Shown in pieces: positions 47,040 to 56,213 of a stretch of DNA of 61,097 nucleotides. The translations under genes were made by a program, and so were the position numbers. The stretch lies in the NCBI GenBank assembly GCA_045577035.1, contig JAZNHQ010000025.1, forward strand, positions 1-61,097, given 5' to 3'. This DNA comes from Faecousia sp. (GTDB lineage Bacteria; Bacillota; Clostridia; Oscillospirales; Oscillospiraceae). How positions within the stretch are numbered: position 1 is the stretch's first letter; every line of letters begins with the position of its first letter. The notes beneath the pieces were generated by a model that worked only from the letters and a program-made list of their open reading frames with translations, searched no databases and had not been told where the DNA came from.

Positions 47040-47930
47040 ATGAAGGATAATAAGTTTATTAAGGGACTGTTATTCCCCCGTATGGCAATTATGTGGATAT
47101 TGTTGGTAGTGACCATCATTTTTATGGCATGCAGTGTGGTGCTGCTTGGGGCGGAATCTCCTGTTACCATTGTATCTTATGTTTTGTCAGCATACACTTT
47201 GACTGTTTGGTGCTTCCGAATTCCTCAGATTATTCAATATTTCAAAACAGTAAGAAATGAAAATAAATTTGTGATTCGTTGGTTGGAGGATATACAGTTT
47301 CGGATTAAAACGACTTTATATATTTCCTTGCTTTTGAATACGGCCTATGCCATCATGCAGTTGTGCATGGGAATGATCCACAGATCCTTTTGGTTCAGTT
47401 CGCTGGCGGTATATTATAGCCTTTTGGTTGTGATGCGTTTATCCCTGGCACGCTTTACTACACGGCACAAGCCCGGTGAACAAATGGAATTGGAGATCCG
47501 GCGCTACCGGGCATGCGGTATTGTTTTTCTTGTTATGAACCTGGCGCTTTCGTTGATGGTATTTTTTATGGTATATTGGAACAGAACCTTTTATCACCAT
47601 GAGATCACCACGATCACAATGGCGGCATACACCTTTACCTCTTTAACCTTGGCTATTATCAATGTGATCCGCTATCGCAAATTCAACAGCCCCGTGTATT
47701 CAGCCACCAAGGCTATCAGCCTGGCGGCCTCTTGCGTGTCCATGCTGACCCTGGAATCCACTATGCTGACTGTATTTAATGACGGCACCATGACCATGAC
47801 AGCCAGGCGTGTGATGCTGGGCTGTACCGGCGGTGTGATTTGTGCATTCATCATAGCCATGGCGGTTGTAATGATCCGACGGAGCAGTAAAATGATCCGT
47901 TGCGAAAAGGAGAAAGCTGATGGAGAATAA
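47040..47930 (+). CDS. Multi-pass membrane protein of unknown function
   Basis: About eight hydrophobic segments; coupled to the TCS operon. Confidence 0.75.
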   Translation: MKDNKFIKGLLFPRMAIMWILLVVTIIFMACSVVLLGAESPVTIVSYVLSAYTLTVWCFRIPQIIQYFKTVRNENKFVIRWLEDIQFRIKTTLYISLLLNTAYAIMQLCMGMIHRSFWFSSLAVYYSLLVVMRLSLARFTTRHKPGEQMELEIRRYRACGIVFLVMNLALSLMVFFMVYWNRTFYHHEITTITMAAYTFTSLTLAIINVIRYRKFNSPVYSATKAISLAASCVSMLTLESTMLTVFNDGTMTMTARRVMLGCTGGVICAFIIAMAVVMIRRSSKMIRCEKEKADGE

Positions 47931-48318
47931 TAAAACCTTTCACTATACTTATTCTGCAAAGCAGCAGGAAGAGATCAAGGCGATCCGTAAAAAATACGAG
48001 CAGCCTCATCAGGAGGATAAAATGACACAGCTCCGCCGTTTAGACGGAACTGTGTCACAAAAAGCAACCCGTGTTTCCCTTACAGTTGGCATCCTTGGCC
48101 TGCTGATCATGGGCTTTGGCATGAGCCTTCTCATGTCTGATCTTAAGGAAATCCTTGCGGGCTACGGATACTTGTATATTGCGGTTGGTTTGACTGCTGG
48201 CCTTTCGGGTATGGCTATTGTTAGTTGTGCCTATCCACTGTATAACCGGATTATCCGTAAGGAGCGGGAGAAGATTGCACCCGAGATACTACGTTTGACC
48301 GATGAACTTATGCAATGA
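47920..48318 (+). CDS. Small two-helix membrane protein, paralog of 36676-37071
   Basis: FHYTYSAKQQEEIKAIRKKY...LRRLD...AYPLY...PEILRLTDEL. Confidence 0.78.
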   Translation: MENNKTFHYTYSAKQQEEIKAIRKKYEQPHQEDKMTQLRRLDGTVSQKATRVSLTVGILGLLIMGFGMSLLMSDLKEILAGYGYLYIAVGLTAGLSGMAIVSCAYPLYNRIIRKEREKIAPEILRLTDELMQ

Positions 48319-48795
48319 TCACCGGTTCAGATACCACACTCCAAAACTCAGATAAGCCGCAAAGGTCAGCCAGAGTAAATAAGGAATTTGCGTATATGCT
48401 GCCACTGAATCTACTTTCCGGAAAGTTAGGATCATCCAAAGTACCAAAACCCACAAGATCAGCAGCCATATAAATGCAAGACCGTATGCCTGGGCATTGA
48501 AGAAGATTAAACTCCAGAAGAAATTCAAAATTAACTGGGCAATATACAAATTGAGCCCTTTACGCCGATCCGCGGATTGGGGCGCCATATAGACCCTTGC
48601 AGCGCCAAAGCCCATGAGAGCATATAGAATGCTCCAAACAATGGGAAATACCGCCATGGGCGGTGATAGGGGAGGCTGGGCTACATTTTCTCCGAAATAC
48701 TGCGTACCGTCACGGGTCAGCCAACCGGAGAGTGCGCCGACGGCTTCCGTTGCGAGAATCCAAAGTGCATATATTTTCCATTTTGGTTTATTCAT
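48319..48795 (-). CDS. tspO: TspO/MBR tryptophan-rich sensory protein
   Basis: QPPLSPP..VFPIVWSILYALMG, QLILNFFWSLIFF, PYLLWLTFAAYL. Confidence 0.92.
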   Translation of the reverse strand: MNKPKWKIYALWILATEAVGALSGWLTRDGTQYFGENVAQPPLSPPMAVFPIVWSILYALMGFGAARVYMAPQSADRRKGLNLYIAQLILNFFWSLIFFNAQAYGLAFIWLLILWVLVLWMILTFRKVDSVAAYTQIPYLLWLTFAAYLSFGVWYLNR

Positions 48796-48887
48796 AGCTT
48801 GATCACCCTGTACTAGCCTATGCAGATTTTGCGGTTGTATACGGCCAAATACTTGACGCGTTTTTTGCAGATTTAGAAAATTTATGC

Positions 48888-48916
48888 TTGACAGATGTAG
48901 AAAATATTGGTATCAT
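48888..48916 (+). promoter_or_regulatory. SigA promoter of the T-box leader
   Basis: TTGACA-17 bp-TATCAT with extended TG. Confidence 0.65.
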
Positions 48917-48939
48917 CACTACATAATTTTATATTTCAA

Positions 48940-49192
48940 ATGCGTTTGAGCGGAGAGAGTAGTTGGGGCTAAGTCTCAGAGAACTGCCGGTTGGTGCGAG
49001 GCAGTGATGGAAACCCGATGAAGTTCACTTCGTTAGCTGTGTATTGAAGCTTAGTAGGTACAACGGGTGCGACCGTTACATCGTCAGGGGCTTGTTGGAG
49101 CCCTGAGAGACAATAACTGTAAAGTTATTGTAAAGACAGAGTGGTACCACGATATAATATCGTCCCTGTTATACAGGGGCGATTTTTATTTT
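48940..49192 (+). ncRNA. T-box riboswitch, probable Phe (UUC) specifier
   Basis: AGTA bulge, AGAGA box, GGTGCGA loop, GAAG-TTC-A specifier (49024-49026), T-box AGAGTGGTACCACG (49138-49151), terminator ATCGTCCCTGT/ACAGGGGCGAT plus T-run. Confidence 0.88.
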
Positions 49193-49235
49193 ATATTCTA
49201 CCGTCAACAGACGGAAAAAATAGGAGGAAAAGAAA

Positions 49236-50162
49236 ATGAAAAAAATCACATCCATTTTTTTGGCATTGGTACTTTGCCTGGGTATTTGCATGAGCTTTGC
49301 AGGCTGCGGCGAAGAAACCGACTACACCGTAGGCGTTTGTCAGCTTATGAAGCATGATGCGCTGGACGCTGCTACCAATGGCTTTAAGGATGCCCTGAAG
49401 GCCGAGATGAAGAAGGCGGGTAAAACTGTAGAAATCGATGTTCAGGTTGCCGGTGAGGCAAACCTGTGTACTACTGTTGTTAATAGCTTTACCTCCAAGA
49501 AGGTGGACTTGATTATGGGCAATGCCACTGATGCTATGTTGGCAGCTGCCAATGCAACCTCCGAGATCCCTGTGCTGGGTACTTCTATTACTGACTACAG
49601 CAATGCTTTCCAGGGCAATATTCCTGCTAATGTAACTGGCACTTCCGATGCGGTTCCTTTTGCAGAGCAGGCTGAAATGATGATCGAGACTCTGAATTTG
49701 GTAGAGGGTGACAAGGTTGGCGTTCTGTACTGCATCAACGAGTCCAACTCCAAGGTTCAGTATGATGCGGTTAAGGCTCTGTTTGAGGAAGAGGGGATTG
49801 TAGTTGAAGCTTATACCTTCTCCGATATTGCTGAACTGCAGGCTTTGGTGAACAAGATGGCAGGCGAGGTAAAGGCTGTTTATGTTCCTTCTGATAACAC
49901 CGTCAGCGCCAATGAAGATATCGTTGCTGCTGTCTGTAACGAAAAGAAGGTTCCTGTTTACACCAGCTACGGCGGAGACGTTTGCTATGCAAGCTTGGCT
50001 ATCGACTACTATCAGCTGGGCTATGAGACCGGCGTTATGGCTGCTCAGATACTGCTGGGAGAGAAGAAGGTATCCGATATTGAGATCACCACTTTGGAAC
50101 CCACCGTCACCTATAACGAGGAACTGTGCAAGGCTCTGGGAATCGAGGTTCCTGAAAACTAA
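49236..50162 (+). CDS. ABC importer substrate-binding lipoprotein (TrpX-like aromatic amino-acid family)
   Basis: Lipobox FAGC; VGVCQLMKHDALDAA..GF, NVTGTSD, YVPSDNTV, IDYYQLGYETG. Confidence 0.88.
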   Translation: MKKITSIFLALVLCLGICMSFAGCGEETDYTVGVCQLMKHDALDAATNGFKDALKAEMKKAGKTVEIDVQVAGEANLCTTVVNSFTSKKVDLIMGNATDAMLAAANATSEIPVLGTSITDYSNAFQGNIPANVTGTSDAVPFAEQAEMMIETLNLVEGDKVGVLYCINESNSKVQYDAVKALFEEEGIVVEAYTFSDIAELQALVNKMAGEVKAVYVPSDNTVSANEDIVAAVCNEKKVPVYTSYGGDVCYASLAIDYYQLGYETGVMAAQILLGEKKVSDIEITTLEPTVTYNEELCKALGIEVPEN

Positions 50163-50184
50163 ACAATTAACTTAGAGGTAGATC

Positions 50185-51105
50185 ATGGAGTTTCTCAATG
50201 CGCTGCCCGGTGCGGTAGCGGAAGGTATTATATGGGGTCTTATGGCTATTGGTGTGTACATCACCTATAAGATTCTGGACATTGCCGACCTGACTGTGGA
50301 CGGCTCTATCTGCACCGGCGGCTGTGTGTTTGCGGTATTACTTACAGGCGGTATGAATGTATGGCTGTGTATCCTGTGTGCATTTTTGGCTGGTGCTCTA
50401 ACAGGTGTGTTAACAGGATTGTTTCATACAGCACTGGGTATTCCAGCTATCCTAGCAGGTATTCTGAGCCAGCTGATGCTATACTCTATCAATACAGTCA
50501 TTTTGGACGGCCAGTCCATGCTATCCATTTATCACCTGAAAAACCAAGTAGTGATGCATATGAGCGACAATAATGCCGCAATTGCTGCAGGCGTGGGCAT
50601 CGTTGGGGTAGTGATTATCGGGCTGTGGCTGTTCTTCTATACAGAGATCGGACTGACTTTAAAATCCACCGGAGATAACCCGGATATGAGCCGGGCACAG
50701 GGTGTAAATGTAAACCGCAATAAGGTCATCGGCCTGGCAATCTCCAACGGCATCGTTGCCTTAGCTGGTGCGCTGTATACCCAGTACAAGGGTTCCGTGA
50801 GCCTTAATGATGGCCGTGGTGCTATTGTGATCGGTTTGGCTGCGATCTTTATTGGACTATCTGTATCCATGAAGATCAAACCGAACTTTGTGGTCAGCCT
50901 AATCGGCGTAGTGTGCGGTGGTGTGGTGTATTTTGCCATCTACAATCTTGTGATCCTATTGGGCCTGAAGACTGACTATCTGAAGATGCTGTCTGCAATC
51001 ATCGTGGCGGTGTTCCTGGCTGTGCCCTATATGTACAATACTTATTTCAAGAAATATAAGCGGAAGCCTGCACTGCAAAGCCGGGGAGGTGGTCGCCATG
51101 CTTAA
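50185..51105 (+). CDS. ABC importer permease
   Basis: GVYITYKILDIADLTVDGS, GLAISNGIVALAGAL, IVIGLAAI. Confidence 0.9.
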   Translation: MEFLNALPGAVAEGIIWGLMAIGVYITYKILDIADLTVDGSICTGGCVFAVLLTGGMNVWLCILCAFLAGALTGVLTGLFHTALGIPAILAGILSQLMLYSINTVILDGQSMLSIYHLKNQVVMHMSDNNAAIAAGVGIVGVVIIGLWLFFYTEIGLTLKSTGDNPDMSRAQGVNVNRNKVIGLAISNGIVALAGALYTQYKGSVSLNDGRGAIVIGLAAIFIGLSVSMKIKPNFVVSLIGVVCGGVVYFAIYNLVILLGLKTDYLKMLSAIIVAVFLAVPYMYNTYFKKYKRKPALQSRGGGRHA

Positions 51106-51892
51106 GATCACCAATTTACAGAAAACCTTTAATGCCGGAACGGTTAATGAAAAGGTTGCTCTGAACGGTTTGAATCTGGAGGTCAAGGAGGGCGATTTCA
51201 TTACGGTCATCGGTGGCAATGGTGCAGGTAAATCTACCTTGTTCAATGCCATTGCGGGTGTGTGGAAGCCTGATTGCGGCACTATCGAGATCGACGGCGT
51301 GGATGTGACCAATATGCCGGAGCATAAGCGTGCCAAATTCCTGGGGCGTGTATTCCAGGATCCCATGAAAGGCACCGCCCCGGATATGGAAATTGCAGAA
51401 AACCTTGCCATTGCCGCAAGACGAGGAACTGTCCGTAAATTTAAATGGGGTGTCCGCCGTACGGAACGAATTCGCTATAAAGAGTTGCTGTCGACCCTCA
51501 ATCTGGGCCTTGAGGATAGATTGTCTTCCAAGGTCGGTCTGCTCTCCGGCGGTCAAAGACAGGCGGTAACCTTGTTGATGGCTACCTTGAATCGTCCCAA
51601 GATTCTTTTGCTGGATGAGCATACGGCGGCTCTGGACCCAAAAACAGCGGCTAAAGTTTTGTCCATTACAGATCAGATTGTTTCAGAGAATAAACTGACT
51701 ACCGTCATGGTCACTCATAACATGAAAGATGCCATTGAACATGGCAACCGATTGATCATGATGCATGAAGGCCGAATCGTGGTGGATGTCGAAGGTGAAG
51801 AAAAGAAAAAGTTAACAGTGGCGGATTTGCTGGAACTGTTTGTGAATGCCAGTGGCAATGAATTTACCAATGATCGCGCTTTGTTAGCATAA
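51098..51892 (+). CDS. ABC importer ATP-binding subunit
   Basis: GGNGAGKST, LSGGQRQ, LLDEHTAALDP. Confidence 0.92.
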   Translation: MLKITNLQKTFNAGTVNEKVALNGLNLEVKEGDFITVIGGNGAGKSTLFNAIAGVWKPDCGTIEIDGVDVTNMPEHKRAKFLGRVFQDPMKGTAPDMEIAENLAIAARRGTVRKFKWGVRRTERIRYKELLSTLNLGLEDRLSSKVGLLSGGQRQAVTLLMATLNRPKILLLDEHTAALDPKTAAKVLSITDQIVSENKLTTVMVTHNMKDAIEHGNRLIMMHEGRIVVDVEGEEKKKLTVADLLELFVNASGNEFTNDRALLA

Positions 51893-51897
51893 TACTC

Positions 51898-51923
51898 AGG
51901 GAGGGTCAGTGACCCTCCCTTTT
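51898..51923 (+). terminator. Intrinsic terminator
   Basis: AGGGAGGGTC-agt-GACCCTCCCT followed by Ts. Confidence 0.8.
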
Positions 51924-51954
51924 GTTCTGCATAGAATAGTTTTGAGGTGATTCT

Positions 51955-52398
51955 ATGTGGATTTCATTCTGTCGACCCGGAGCTGTTGCACGCATTGCCG
52001 GAGGCAAGGAATACCCCTGCTTATACGGTACAGTAAAGCTTTATCCGAGAGGAAAACAGGTGCTTGTGGTTGCGGAAATTTGTGGACTCCCCAAATCGGA
52101 GACTGGATTCTTTGCTTTGCACATTCATGAGGGTACATCTTGTGACGGTAGCGGTTTTTCCGACTCCGGCGGACACTTCAATCCCCATAATTTTCCACAC
52201 CCTTGCCACGCAGGGGATCTGCCTAATCTGCTGTGCAGTCATGGCGGCGCCTTTATGGCTGTGCTGACGGATCGGTTTACGATTCCACAGGTATTGGGCA
52301 AAACTGTGATTATTCACTCGAGGCCGGATGACTACCGTAGCCAGCCGTCCGGGGATCCTGGTTCAAAAATTGCCTGTGGCGTACTTTGCAGTTGTTAA
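51955..52398 (+). CDS. sodC: Cu/Zn superoxide dismutase family protein, no obvious signal peptide
   Basis: ALHIHEG, GGHFNP...HPCHAGDLPNL, VIIHSRPDD, PSGDPGSKIACG. Confidence 0.85.
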   Translation: MWISFCRPGAVARIAGGKEYPCLYGTVKLYPRGKQVLVVAEICGLPKSETGFFALHIHEGTSCDGSGFSDSGGHFNPHNFPHPCHAGDLPNLLCSHGGAFMAVLTDRFTIPQVLGKTVIIHSRPDDYRSQPSGDPGSKIACGVLCSC

Positions 52399-52468
52399 TT
52401 GTAAACTTTTTGGTACCCTATTCCCAAATTCCTCCTTTGTGGTATAATTACCCTAAGGAGGGATTTTC

Positions 52469-54064
52469 ATGAAGTTGACATTTTATGGTGCTACTCACGA
52501 AGTTACAGGTTCTTGTACGCTTCTGGAGGCCTGCGGAAAGAAGATTTTGATCGATTGCGGTATGGAGCAAGGCGCGGATACTTTCGAAAATTGTGAACTG
52601 CAGGTACAGCCGGGAGAAATTGATGCGGTACTTTTGACTCATGCGCACATTGATCATTCCGGAAAGATCCCTGCACTGACAGCCCAGGGGTTTGCGGGGC
52701 CTGTGTATGCCACGGAGGCCACATACCGCCTGTGTCAGATCATGCTCCGTGATTCTGCACATATTCAGGAATTGGAGGCCCAGTGGAGGAATCGAAAGGC
52801 TACCCGTGCCGGTGAGCCTGCTTATATGCCTATGTACACCATGGCAGATGTGGAAAAGACCCTCCAACAGTTCCGGTATTACGGATATAACGAAATTGCG
52901 GATATTTTTCCGGAGATTTCCATTCGGTTTTTTGACGCAGGACATCTTTTGGGCTCTGCAAGTATCTATATTACCATCACGGAGGATGGGCAGACACGAA
53001 CTGTGCTGTTTTCCGGCGATTTGGGGAATACTGAGCGTCCATTGATCCGGGATCCACAAAAACCGGAATATGCTGACTATGTGGTGGTGGAATCCACATA
53101 CGGAGATCGCTTACATGGTGAAAGACCGGACTATGTTTCGCAGCTGACAGATATTCTGCAGCAGACATTTGATCGGGGCGGCAATGTGGTGATTCCGTCC
53201 TTTGCGATAGGCAGGACACAGGAATTGCTGTATTTGCTTCGTACCATTAAGACTCAAAATCTGCTGCATGGACATGATGATTTTCCGGTGTATGTGGATA
53301 GCCCTCTTGCGGTGGATGCTACCAAGATCTATGCTGCCGGTCTTTCAGAGTTTTATGATGATGAAACCATGCAGTTGCTGAAGCGGGGTATAGATCCCAT
53401 TGTATTTCCCGGGCTGCGGCTGTCTGTAACTTCCGAAGAATCTAAGTTAATCAATACGGATAAAACGCCTAAGGTTATTCTATCTGCCTCAGGTATGTGT
53501 GAAGCCGGTCGGATTCGCCACCATTTGAAGCATAATCTTTGGCGGTCAGAAAGCACGATTCTCTTTGTGGGCTACCAGTCCCAGGGAACGATGGGAAGAA
53601 AACTGGCGGACGGTGCATCCTATGTAAAGCTCTTTGGAGAAAACATTGCAGTTCATGCCAATATTCAAGAGATGGCGGGCATTTCCGGTCATGCAGACCG
53701 GGATATGCTGCTGGGATGGTTGGCCCATATGGGTAAGGCGCCCAGGCAGATCTTTGTGAACCACGGCGACGAGGTGGTATGTGACAGCTTTGTGCAAACC
53801 ATTGCCGAGAAGCTGAAATACCCGGCTTTGGCGCCCTACAGCGGTGACGGTTACGACCTAATCACAGGAGAGTGCTTCCAGAAAGGCGTGGTGACCCGTG
53901 TGCAGAAGAAGGGTACAAAACGCACTTCTGACCTGTACCAGAAACTGATCCTGGCAGGGAAGCAGCTAACACGGCTGATCGAGGCCATGAAGGGTGCGAC
54001 CAATAAAGAGATTATTAGCTTGACGGAACAAATCAATAATCTATTACAAAAGTTTAAACGATGA
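52469..54064 (+). CDS. MBL-fold beta-CASP metallo-hydrolase (RNA-processing nuclease family)
   Basis: EVTGSC, DCG, THAHIDHSG, AGHLLGS, FSGDLG, ESTYG, SFAIGRTQE, SGHAD, VNHGD. Confidence 0.92.
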   Translation: MKLTFYGATHEVTGSCTLLEACGKKILIDCGMEQGADTFENCELQVQPGEIDAVLLTHAHIDHSGKIPALTAQGFAGPVYATEATYRLCQIMLRDSAHIQELEAQWRNRKATRAGEPAYMPMYTMADVEKTLQQFRYYGYNEIADIFPEISIRFFDAGHLLGSASIYITITEDGQTRTVLFSGDLGNTERPLIRDPQKPEYADYVVVESTYGDRLHGERPDYVSQLTDILQQTFDRGGNVVIPSFAIGRTQELLYLLRTIKTQNLLHGHDDFPVYVDSPLAVDATKIYAAGLSEFYDDETMQLLKRGIDPIVFPGLRLSVTSEESKLINTDKTPKVILSASGMCEAGRIRHHLKHNLWRSESTILFVGYQSQGTMGRKLADGASYVKLFGENIAVHANIQEMAGISGHADRDMLLGWLAHMGKAPRQIFVNHGDEVVCDSFVQTIAEKLKYPALAPYSGDGYDLITGECFQKGVVTRVQKKGTKRTSDLYQKLILAGKQLTRLIEAMKGATNKEIISLTEQINNLLQKFKR

Positions 54065-54102
54065 AATAACAGGGGTTGCTTGAGCGGCCCCTGTTATTTT
54101 TT
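54065..54102 (+). terminator. Intrinsic terminator
   Basis: AAATAACAGGGG...CCCCTGTTATTT followed by a T-run. Confidence 0.8.
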
Positions 54103-54180
54103 TGTCCGCATGGTATTGACAAATGTTCTTTTGTGCGTATAATTGTATACAATAATACAAACCGAGAAAGGAGCATACCT

Positions 54181-55557
54181 ATGCTGGAAACTTCTGCTAA
54201 GACCAATTTGTTGGAGCAAAAATCATATAAATATTCTCTGCAGGATGTGGCAGAGCCCAACCTGCAGCGTGATATCTATTCCTATGGAACCGTTCCCAAG
54301 GTGCCCTTTAATCATCGAAGAGTGCCTATGAATATGCCGGAAGAAATCTGGATCACAGATACTTCCTTGCGAGATGGGCAACAGTCTGTGGAGCCCTATT
54401 CCGTTGAGCAGATCGTAAATATCTATAAGCTGCTTAGTAAGTTGGGTGGCCCTTATGGCATTATACGCCAGACTGAGTTCTTTATTTACAGTAAAAAAGA
54501 TCGTCAGGCTTTGGAGAAATGCATGGAGCTGGATCTGAAATTTCCCCAGATCACCAGCTGGATCCGTGCCAGCAAAGAGGATTTTCGCCTTGTTCGTGAG
54601 TTGGGCATCAAGGAGACCGGTGTACTGGTCAGCTGCAGTGACTATCATATTTTCAAGAAAATGAAGATGACTCGGAAGCAGGCCTTGGAGCATTATTTGT
54701 CTGTTGTAAAGGATGCTTTTAACGAAGGTGTTGTACCCAGATGCCACTTGGAGGATATTACCCGGGCGGATTTTTATGGCTTTGTTGTCCCCTTTGTCAA
54801 TGAATTGCAGGCGCTGTCCAGAGAGGCCGGAATCCCGGTCAAGATCCGTGCTTGTGATACCATGGGCTACGGCGTACCCTACACAGAGGCTGCTATGCCC
54901 AGAAGTGTGGCAGGTATTATCTATGGCCTGCAGCACTATTCCGATGTGCCCAGTGAGTTTTTGGAATGGCACGGCCACAATGATTTTTATAAATCCGTTG
55001 CCAATGCTTCTACTGCCTGGCTCTACGGTGCCTGTGCTGTGAACTGCTCCTTGCTGGGAATTGGTGAGCGCACCGGTAACATCCCCTTGGAAGCAATGGT
55101 GTTTGAGTACGCATCTCTGCGTGGCTCCATGGATGGTATGGATCCCACGGTGATCACCGAGATTGCCGAATACTTCCGCAAGGATATGGGTTATGACATT
55201 CCGCCTATGACTCCTTTTGTTGGCAGAAGCTTTAATGTGACCCGAGCAGGCATCCACGCCGACGGGCTGATGAAGGATGAAGAGATCTATACCATTTTTG
55301 ATACCAAAAAGCTGCTGAATCGGCCTGCCACCGTGGAGATCACCAAGACCTCTGGTTTCGCCGGCATCGCTTATTGGGTCAATCAGAATTACCGACTGAC
55401 CGCGGAAAACCAACTGGCGAAGAACGATCCGTTGATCGTTGCACTGAAAAGCTGGGTGGATGAGGAGTATGAAGCAGGTCGGCAGACCATGATCTCCCAC
55501 AAGGAGATGGAAGAGCGAATCGAAGCATTGGCACCCGGAAGATTTAAGGAGGACTGA
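54181..55557 (+). CDS. Re-citrate synthase (DRE-TIM, isopropylmalate/homocitrate synthase family)
   Basis: ITDTSLRDGQQ, CDTMG, WHGHND, GIGERTGN, RAGIHADG; heads an operon with aconitase and IDH; RBS GGAG before ATG 54181. Confidence 0.8.
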   Translation: MLETSAKTNLLEQKSYKYSLQDVAEPNLQRDIYSYGTVPKVPFNHRRVPMNMPEEIWITDTSLRDGQQSVEPYSVEQIVNIYKLLSKLGGPYGIIRQTEFFIYSKKDRQALEKCMELDLKFPQITSWIRASKEDFRLVRELGIKETGVLVSCSDYHIFKKMKMTRKQALEHYLSVVKDAFNEGVVPRCHLEDITRADFYGFVVPFVNELQALSREAGIPVKIRACDTMGYGVPYTEAAMPRSVAGIIYGLQHYSDVPSEFLEWHGHNDFYKSVANASTAWLYGACAVNCSLLGIGERTGNIPLEAMVFEYASLRGSMDGMDPTVITEIAEYFRKDMGYDIPPMTPFVGRSFNVTRAGIHADGLMKDEEIYTIFDTKKLLNRPATVEITKTSGFAGIAYWVNQNYRLTAENQLAKNDPLIVALKSWVDEEYEAGRQTMISHKEMEERIEALAPGRFKED

Positions 55558-55559
55558 TT

Positions 55560-56213
55560 ATGGGTCATTTTAAGACAGTATCCCTGGCAGACCAGGTGTT
55601 TGAAAAGCTGGAAGGCGATATTATTTCCGGTGTATACGCTCGAGGAGAAGTTTTGACAGAGATAAAACTTGTGGAACAGCTGGGTGTCAGTCGTACTCCC
55701 ATCCGTGAAGCATTGCGCCGGTTGGAACAGGAACGCTTGATACAGGACAGTGGCAAAGGGTCAGTCGTGTTGGGAATTACCACCCAGGATTTGATCGATA
55801 TTATGGAGATCCGTCAGCGCATTGAAGGTATTGCGGCGGCCTATGCTACCAGCAAAATCACGCCGGAGGGCATTGAGGAACTGCGCCGAATCCATGAGCT
55901 GCAGGAATTCTATTACGAGAAGATGGACATGGAGCGGCTGCGCCAAATGGATGACCAGTTCCATGATACGATTTATGAATTGTCCGGAAGTAGTGTGTTC
56001 TGTGATACGCTGCGGCCATTGCATAAAAAGACCCAGCGATACAGAAAGCTGTCCATTGGCGATCGGGAACGGCTAAAAGTCTCCATGGAGCAGCACAAGC
56101 AGATATTTGAAGCCATTGCCGCAGGTGATGCGGAAAAAGCGCAGCAGCTGATTACCGAGCATATTGACACAGCTAAGCAATATATGGTAGGGAGGTTTAC
56201 GGATGAAGGGTAG
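55560..56213 (+). CDS. GntR-family regulator (FCD domain)
   Basis: LGVSRTPIREALRRLEQE; FHDTI; EQHKQIFEAI. Confidence 0.92.
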   Translation: MGHFKTVSLADQVFEKLEGDIISGVYARGEVLTEIKLVEQLGVSRTPIREALRRLEQERLIQDSGKGSVVLGITTQDLIDIMEIRQRIEGIAAAYATSKITPEGIEELRRIHELQEFYYEKMDMERLRQMDDQFHDTIYELSGSSVFCDTLRPLHKKTQRYRKLSIGDRERLKVSMEQHKQIFEAIAAGDAEKAQQLITEHIDTAKQYMVGRFTDEG

